A DNA stretch of 33,188 bases, from assembly GCA_050261115.1 (NCBI GenBank), contig JBLNCY010000023.1, positions 1 to 33,188 on the forward strand, given 5' to 3'. This DNA is from Methanocella sp. (GTDB taxonomy: Archaea; Thermoproteota; Bathyarchaeia; Bathyarchaeales; Bathycorpusculaceae). Shown here piece after piece: positions 27,926 through 33,188 of the stretch. The translations under genes and the position numbers were made by a program. Each line of letters starts with the position of its first letter. The stretch's first letter is position 1. Below the pieces are notes generated by a model. That model searched no databases. It worked only from the letters and a program-made list of their open reading frames with translations, and was not told the DNA's origin.

Positions 27926-28429
27926 ATGTTAGACGGGATAAGAATAAAATCGATAAAACGGTTACCAGATGAAAGAGGTTTCTTCTGCGAGGTTATGCGT
28001 ACTGACTGGCAAGACCTCTTTGGCGCAGACAAGGTTACTCAGGTAAATCATTCTTTTACTTATCCCGACGTCATCCGCGCCTGGCACCGTCACCTAAGGG
28101 GGCAAGTAGATTATTTCCTGGTTCTCAAGGGTGCAATAAAGATCTGTGCGTTTGATGATGAAACCTCTGAACTGGACGAGATTGTCTCTAGTGGCTCAGA
28201 TCTTCAGGTTGTGCGGATTCCGGGGCATTATTGGCATGGCTTTAAAGCCGTAGGGAACGAACCTGCGATGTTGATTTATTTCACCACCAACCTCTATAAT
28301 CCTGCAGATCCAGACGAGGAGAGACGCGCCTGGAATGACCCGACAATAATTCCCAAGAGCATTAACGGAGGAACCCATGATGCTCGGGTTGGTAGAGTGT
28401 GGGATTGGAATAGTCCTCCGCATAAGTGA
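27926..28429 (+). CDS. rfbC: dTDP-4-dehydrorhamnose 3,5-epimerase
   Basis: DERGFFCE, VIRAWHRH, IPGHYWHGF, DEER..WNDPTI. Confidence 0.92.
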   Translation: MLDGIRIKSIKRLPDERGFFCEVMRTDWQDLFGADKVTQVNHSFTYPDVIRAWHRHLRGQVDYFLVLKGAIKICAFDDETSELDEIVSSGSDLQVVRIPGHYWHGFKAVGNEPAMLIYFTTNLYNPADPDEERRAWNDPTIIPKSINGGTHDARVGRVWDWNSPPHK

Positions 28430-28440
28430 GTGTGACATAA

Positions 28441-29448
28441 ATGAAGGTGTTAGTGACTGGCGGTTTAGGTTTCATCGGTAGCAACTTTTGCAGGTTTATG
28501 CTTGCAAGGCACCCTAACTACGAAATTATTAATGTGGACAAGGTTGGGATAGGTGCTAACCCGGCTAATTTACATGATATCGAGAACGACAAACGCTATA
28601 CCTTCATCAAAGGCGATATATGCAATCCGCAATTAATGAATCGTCTCATCCACCAGGTAGATGCTGTTGTGAACATTGCGGCTGAGACTCATGTGGATAG
28701 AAGCATCGCTGACCCGAACCTTTTTTTGCAGAATAATACACTGGGCACTTTTACGATTCTGGAGGCTATCCGCCGCCATAACCATAAAGCCCGACTTTTA
28801 CAGGTGTCCACAGATGAAGTGTATGGAGAAGCAATCGAGGGCTCATTCACTGAAGAGACCCCGCCGCGGCCATCTAACCCCTATTCTGCCTCCAAAGCCG
28901 CCGCCGACATGTTTGCCCTTTCCTACCACCGGACATTTGGGCTAAATGTATCTATCACTCGCTGCACCAACAATTTTGGTCCCTACCAGCTTCCAGAGAA
29001 ACTGATCCCCAAAACTGTTATCCGTGGCTTACGCGACTTACCCATTCCCATCTACGGCAAAGGCACTAATATACGGGACTGGATATTTGTGACTGATCAC
29101 TGTGAAGCCATAGACACTGTGCTCGAGAAGGGTAGACCCGGCGAAATATACAACGTCTCTGCAGGTAATGAAAAAACCAACACAGAGATCGTCAACAAAA
29201 TAGTTGAGCAGCTAAACAAGCCTAAGAGTCTCCTGACTTTTGTTGAGGATCGACCCGGGCACGATACGCGTTATAGCTTAGACTCTTCAAAGCTCCGCAG
29301 AGAACTGGGCTGGAAACCTAAAGCCAGCTTTGAACAAGCGCTACAATCCACTGTAGAATGGTACCTGAAAAACGAGCACTGGTGGACTCCGTTTGCTACA
29401 GATGTTATCTTGCATCCAACCCCTTGGAAGCTAGGTGTGTCACGTTGA
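28441..29448 (+). CDS. rfbB: dTDP-glucose 4,6-dehydratase
   Basis: VTGGLGFIGSNF, AAETHVDRSI, STDEVYG, PYSASKA, RCTNNFGPYQ.PEKLIP, DRPGHD.RY. Confidence 0.97.
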   Translation: MKVLVTGGLGFIGSNFCRFMLARHPNYEIINVDKVGIGANPANLHDIENDKRYTFIKGDICNPQLMNRLIHQVDAVVNIAAETHVDRSIADPNLFLQNNTLGTFTILEAIRRHNHKARLLQVSTDEVYGEAIEGSFTEETPPRPSNPYSASKAAADMFALSYHRTFGLNVSITRCTNNFGPYQLPEKLIPKTVIRGLRDLPIPIYGKGTNIRDWIFVTDHCEAIDTVLEKGRPGEIYNVSAGNEKTNTEIVNKIVEQLNKPKSLLTFVEDRPGHDTRYSLDSSKLRRELGWKPKASFEQALQSTVEWYLKNEHWWTPFATDVILHPTPWKLGVSR

Positions 29449-30341
29449 AGCTACTTATCACTGGCGCTAGCGGACTTTATGGGTCAAAACTTGCAAAAAT
29501 GGCTCTTGATCGGGGCATTGAAGTTTACTCCTCTGATATACAAGACCTAAACGTTGCTGGCCGCTTTCTAAAGTTGGATGTCTCAGCTAAAGCTCAAGTG
29601 GATGAAGCGTTTGATACCATAAAACCTGATGTAGTGGTGCACGCTGCTACCTTAACAGATGTTGATAAATGTGAACTCAACAAGGACCTTGCTTGGAAAG
29701 TTAATGTTGATGGCACAAAAAACATTGCCCAAGCCGCAAAACGCGTTGAGGCTTTTCTGGTTTACATCTCCACCGATTACATTTTTAGCGGGGAGAAAGG
29801 TAACTATGTTGAGACAGATTCTCCTGAACCCGTCAACTATTATGGGTTAACCAAGCTCTTGGCGGAGGAAATTGTGACGTCTCTTTCAGAGCCTGACTTC
29901 TTCATTGGCCGCCCTAGTGTGATTTATGGCTCGACTCCTGCGGCTGGAAAATTAAATTTTGCCCTATGGGTAATCGAAGAACTTCGCAAGGGTAACCGAG
30001 TGAAAATCGTTACGGATCAGTGGAATACACCTACGCTAAATACTAGCTTGGCTGAGATGACTCTTGAAGTGATCGAGCGACGCTTGACGGGTGTTTATCA
30101 TACCTGTGGTGCAACACGGGTCAGCCGTTTTGAATTTGCACGCCAAATTGCGGATGTTTTTGGTCTAAATCGAAGTTTGATTGAGAAGGCTGTTTCCTCT
30201 CAGTTTTCTTGGGTGGCACAGCGTCCCGTGGATTCTTCGCTTGATACTTCTTTGGCGCAGCGTAACTTTAAATGTAAACCTTTGACTCTGGATAGAGCGC
30301 TTACGCAGCTAAAAGCAGAGTTAGACCCAAAAACGCCATAG
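29445..30341 (+). CDS. rfbD: dTDP-4-dehydrorhamnose reductase
   Basis: Start reassigned to TTG 29445, overlapping the rfbB stop. ITGASGLYG, HAATLTDVDKCE, YISTDYIFSG, YYGLTKL, DQWNTPT. Confidence 0.95.
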   Translation: MKLLITGASGLYGSKLAKMALDRGIEVYSSDIQDLNVAGRFLKLDVSAKAQVDEAFDTIKPDVVVHAATLTDVDKCELNKDLAWKVNVDGTKNIAQAAKRVEAFLVYISTDYIFSGEKGNYVETDSPEPVNYYGLTKLLAEEIVTSLSEPDFFIGRPSVIYGSTPAAGKLNFALWVIEELRKGNRVKIVTDQWNTPTLNTSLAEMTLEVIERRLTGVYHTCGATRVSRFEFARQIADVFGLNRSLIEKAVSSQFSWVAQRPVDSSLDTSLAQRNFKCKPLTLDRALTQLKAELDPKTP

Positions 30342-30392
30342 CAAAGGCACAAATGTTATGTAACTCGGGTGTTCCATTTTGCACTGTTTAGT

Positions 30393-30713
30393 ATGATGAG
30401 GCAGGGCAGTATCAAAGACATAGCACGGGAACGCATCGGAATCCTTTTTTGCCAAGCCAAATCCGTAGCTAAGGCAAATCCCAAGTTAGCTTCAGATTAT
30501 ATCAGGCTGGCACGGCGGATTGCTATGGCTGCAAAGGTTCGCTTGCCCCTTGAATTCCGTAGGGGCACCTGTAGATCATGTAATGCGTTGTTTTTGCATG
30601 GCATTAACTGCCGTGTTAGGGTAAGACAGAAAAGGGAGCCTCACGTCGTAGTAACATGTTTAAACTGCGGAAAACAAACCCGATATAGACTAAAAGCAAG
30701 GTGTAAACGTTGA
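30393..30713 (+). CDS. rnp4: Ribonuclease P protein component 4 (Rpp21)
   Basis: IARERI..L...A...Y..LARRI...VRLP....R..CRSC...VVVTCLNCG...RY. ATG 30393 is preferred over GTG 30369. Confidence 0.93.
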   Translation: MMRQGSIKDIARERIGILFCQAKSVAKANPKLASDYIRLARRIAMAAKVRLPLEFRRGTCRSCNALFLHGINCRVRVRQKREPHVVVTCLNCGKQTRYRLKARCKR

Positions 30714-31054
30714 GTATCAAGATAACCACAAAGATGAAGCGCCATGTTAGGCACGTTCTAAAAGACGAAAACCCTACAATTTGGGTTGGCAAGGACGGTT
30801 TAACTGCTCAGTCCGTTGCAGAGATTGAGAAACAGCTTCAGAAAAACAAAATGGTGAAGGTAAGAATCTTACCTGCGGCCCTAAAAGAGCTGACTACTGC
30901 CGAGGAAATCGCAAAGAAAGCGGCAGTGGCAACAGAGGCGGCCCTCGTTGAGGTCCGAGGACACGTTTTCATACTGTTTAGAAAACGCCGAACTGACGGA
31001 CAAGTTTCCCCATCCAATCAACCTGAACCTGCAGATAAGCAGGCATCATCTTAG
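30710..31054 (+). CDS. yhbY: YhbY/CRS1 (CRM-domain) RNA-binding protein
   Basis: PTIWVGKDGLT...EIEKQL...MVKVRIL...VEVRGHVFILFR. Overlaps rnp4, as in many archaea. Confidence 0.92.
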   Translation: MSIKITTKMKRHVRHVLKDENPTIWVGKDGLTAQSVAEIEKQLQKNKMVKVRILPAALKELTTAEEIAKKAAVATEAALVEVRGHVFILFRKRRTDGQVSPSNQPEPADKQASS

Positions 31055-31076
31055 TTTTTTTTTTTAAAAAAAAATA
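31054..31076. terminator. Oligo-T/oligo-A bidirectional terminator-like tract
   Basis: A run of about 12 T followed by about 9 A directly after the yhbY stop. Confidence 0.55.
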
Positions 31077-31388
31077 CCCAAACTGTAAGGCATTAACTCA
31101 GCATGTAATATAGAGAATTCAGGCTTAACCTTATCGCCACCTTACGTAATTTTACCTTGACTGCTCTTTAGGTATCCGAGAAGCCAGTGCTTCCAGTTCC
31201 ATAAACGGCATCATAAGTCAAATTCAACTTAGCAGAGGAAGTAGTCAATGTATGCTGGGGTGTAGCCGTGATGGGTTCAAGAGATAATCCCAATTATATC
31301 CGTAGAAGAGAAGTCAAGCCGTAGCACGTCAATTGGCATAAATAGCCATTTTCTTCTCTTTCAAGTAGAACTCTTTAGGTGTTATATT

Positions 31389-31841
31389 TTGGGTTTAGGT
31401 GAATCCATTAAACGTGACCATGATGAATATCGACGATTTTTTTCAAAAATGGCTAAATCCTCCCCTGGGGATGGGGCGATACGGCAGAGTGCGTTAAATG
31501 ATATTATGACTCGGATTTATGCCCATCATGAGGCTGAGGAGTTGACGATTTTTCCGGCCATGATGAAAATAGAGGCGCTACGAGGCTTAGCGTTTGAGTT
31601 GGAAGTGGAGCACGTGGATATGAAGCGACTTTTTGAAGCCTTAAAACATGACCGCACCGACACTGAGGTATGGAAATATAAGTTGTCTCCGATTTATGAT
31701 ATTATGCATGCGCACTGGTTAAAAGAGGAGGAGTTATTGACGCCCTTTGGGCTGGACTATTTTGCTGCATCCGATTGGTCTGGGTTTGGGCGACGTTTTG
31801 ATGAAATTATGACTAATAAGCTGCAATCAAGGCCTGAGTAG
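31389..31841 (+). CDS. Hemerythrin-like (HHE) domain protein
   Basis: H...HxxxE...H...HxxxE pattern: RDHDE, AHHEAEE..IFP, EH, AHWLKEE. Confidence 0.88.
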   Translation: MGLGESIKRDHDEYRRFFSKMAKSSPGDGAIRQSALNDIMTRIYAHHEAEELTIFPAMMKIEALRGLAFELEVEHVDMKRLFEALKHDRTDTEVWKYKLSPIYDIMHAHWLKEEELLTPFGLDYFAASDWSGFGRRFDEIMTNKLQSRPE

Positions 31842-31888
31842 GAAGGCTTAAAGCCGATATACCTTCAATAGAGTACAGGTTGATATAG

Positions 31889-32467
31889 ATGCAATTAATG
31901 GGTTTACTCTTAGGCTTGTTAAGTATTATATTAATTGTCGCGCCAGTTGGCGCTGTAGTTGTAATGTATCAAGGTAACCTCCAAGAGCTCGTTATCCCCC
32001 CAGAAATCAATGGCCTAATAACAGGCGAGGGCAGTAGCCTCTTTTTGGTCAATGATACTTCTGGCGACGGGTCAGCAATAACCAACATAGTTGTTCCCAC
32101 CTTTGTAAGCGCTGACATCGATAATGATGCAAATACCTTCACCGTAATTATGGATGTAACTAACAATGTCAACTATACCTTCGTGCTAAACACTTTCAGA
32201 ACTGATGTTAAAACTACTCGTGATAACTACCAGTTAGTCACTGTTAATCTTGTTAATCCCCCTGTTACATTAACTCCTGGCGGTACCTCACGTGTCACCA
32301 TTGTTGGTGCATGGAACCAAGATGCAGAAAACTACGTTGTACAAAACTATGCGAGTGCTTCCACTATTAACGTACAATTGGAAAACACAACCATCGATGT
32401 AAACGGCATAACTGTGACTCTATCTCAACCGATAGCTATTGATGTTCCGTTGTCTTTGGAGGGCTAA
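31889..32467 (+). CDS. Hypothetical protein, N-terminal TM anchor plus beta-rich extracellular domain
   Basis: 192-aa ORF with an AGGTTGA RBS-like sequence and several N-x-S/T sequons. Confidence 0.8.
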   Translation: MQLMGLLLGLLSIILIVAPVGAVVVMYQGNLQELVIPPEINGLITGEGSSLFLVNDTSGDGSAITNIVVPTFVSADIDNDANTFTVIMDVTNNVNYTFVLNTFRTDVKTTRDNYQLVTVNLVNPPVTLTPGGTSRVTIVGAWNQDAENYVVQNYASASTINVQLENTTIDVNGITVTLSQPIAIDVPLSLEG

Positions 32468-32469
32468 GT

Positions 32470-33030
32470 ATGCCACGGCAAATCAACTACGTAGCCTTGG
32501 TTGCGGGTATCTTAACCTTAGTCTTGATTGCAATCTCGGCGTTCATTCCATGGTGGCAATTCAATATCGGTAACCCAGTGATTGCTCAGATGAGCCTCTC
32601 GCCGGTTACCTACAATATGGCGCTCTTCGGCACTATACTGACTATGCCATTAGTCTACGCTTTAACGTTAGGTAGCATGTTAACACTAATAGCTGGCGGA
32701 ATCGTAATGCTCATCTATTCAGTTTTTCCGGACAAGAAATATTCCAAGCAACTATTGGGCTTTGGCTACAAAAAACCACTCTACGCTATTATCCTCTTTA
32801 GCATCGCATTGCTAAGCGTTTACATCTCAGCAAAATACTTAGGCGGCATGGATGTTCCCATAAGCGGTACCGGCACCATTGGCTTACCAGAAGCCATAGG
32901 CGACGTAGGCGTAGGTGTATCAATCGCAGTTTCCTCCTCACTTAATTGGCCATTCTACCTCGCAATAGCTGTAGCAGCCCTTTGCATTGCCGCCCGGATT
33001 TACCACCGTAAAATATCCAGACCGAAATAA
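32470..33030 (+). CDS. Hypothetical 4-TM membrane protein
   Basis: 186 aa, 2 nt after the previous stop, GGAGG RBS, PWW motif after TM1. Confidence 0.82.
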   Translation: MPRQINYVALVAGILTLVLIAISAFIPWWQFNIGNPVIAQMSLSPVTYNMALFGTILTMPLVYALTLGSMLTLIAGGIVMLIYSVFPDKKYSKQLLGFGYKKPLYAIILFSIALLSVYISAKYLGGMDVPISGTGTIGLPEAIGDVGVGVSIAVSSSLNWPFYLAIAVAALCIAARIYHRKISRPK

Positions 33031-33086
33031 ACTCCACCAACCCCTACTTTTTTAGTTATGTCATAAAAGTAAAAATGGTGAGCGGG

Positions 33087-33188
33087 TTAAGCAACTACTT
33101 CATGTAGCCTTTTCCGCTTGATCGCTTCTTTGAGTTCTAAGGCGATGCGTCTGCCCATATACATGTTCTCGCCATAGCGTAGATAAGC
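33087..33188 (-). CDS. purP: C-terminus of a PurP-family FAICAR synthetase (partial)
   Basis: Hand translation AYLRYGENMYMGRRIALELKEAIKRKRLHEVVA* matches the PurP C-terminal Y.....M..GRRIA.E.K motif. Confidence 0.78.
   Translation of the reverse strand, partial: AYLRYGENMYMGRRIALELKEAIKRKRLHEVVA

Overview
Archaeal chromosomal DNA, most likely Bathyarchaeia. This is inferred from Rpp21, YhbY and PurP, a TrmB regulator, GGAGG/GGTGA ribosome-binding sites, and two paralogous membrane-anchored PQQ-type beta-propeller proteins. From left to right the window holds: (1) a partial beta-propeller surface protein and a divergent 1923-aa mosaic surface protein; (2) a decayed antitoxin/MazF-like toxin pair; (3) a ~12.7 kb divergent double operon. 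Its left arm carries a DUF1616 TM module, two membrane proteins, a DUF4129-like Ig protein, DUF4350, a MoxR AAA+ ATPase and DUF58. Its right arm carries a DUF1616 extracellular module, two MacB/FtsX permeases, a GT-C-like polytopic protein and an ABC ATPase lacking the H-loop His; (4) a terminase-like gene scar, TrmB and a second beta-propeller protein; (5) a Wzx-type flippase, a small 4-Cys protein and the rmlACBD dTDP-rhamnose genes; (6) rnp4-yhbY, a hemerythrin-like protein, two hypothetical membrane proteins and the 3' end of purP. The best candidate for an undescribed system is the double operon, plausibly a cell-surface glycoconjugate assembly/export machine. Patchy, orientation-independent A/C versus G/T strand skew is also striking. 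All family calls come from motif recognition by eye; no searches were run.
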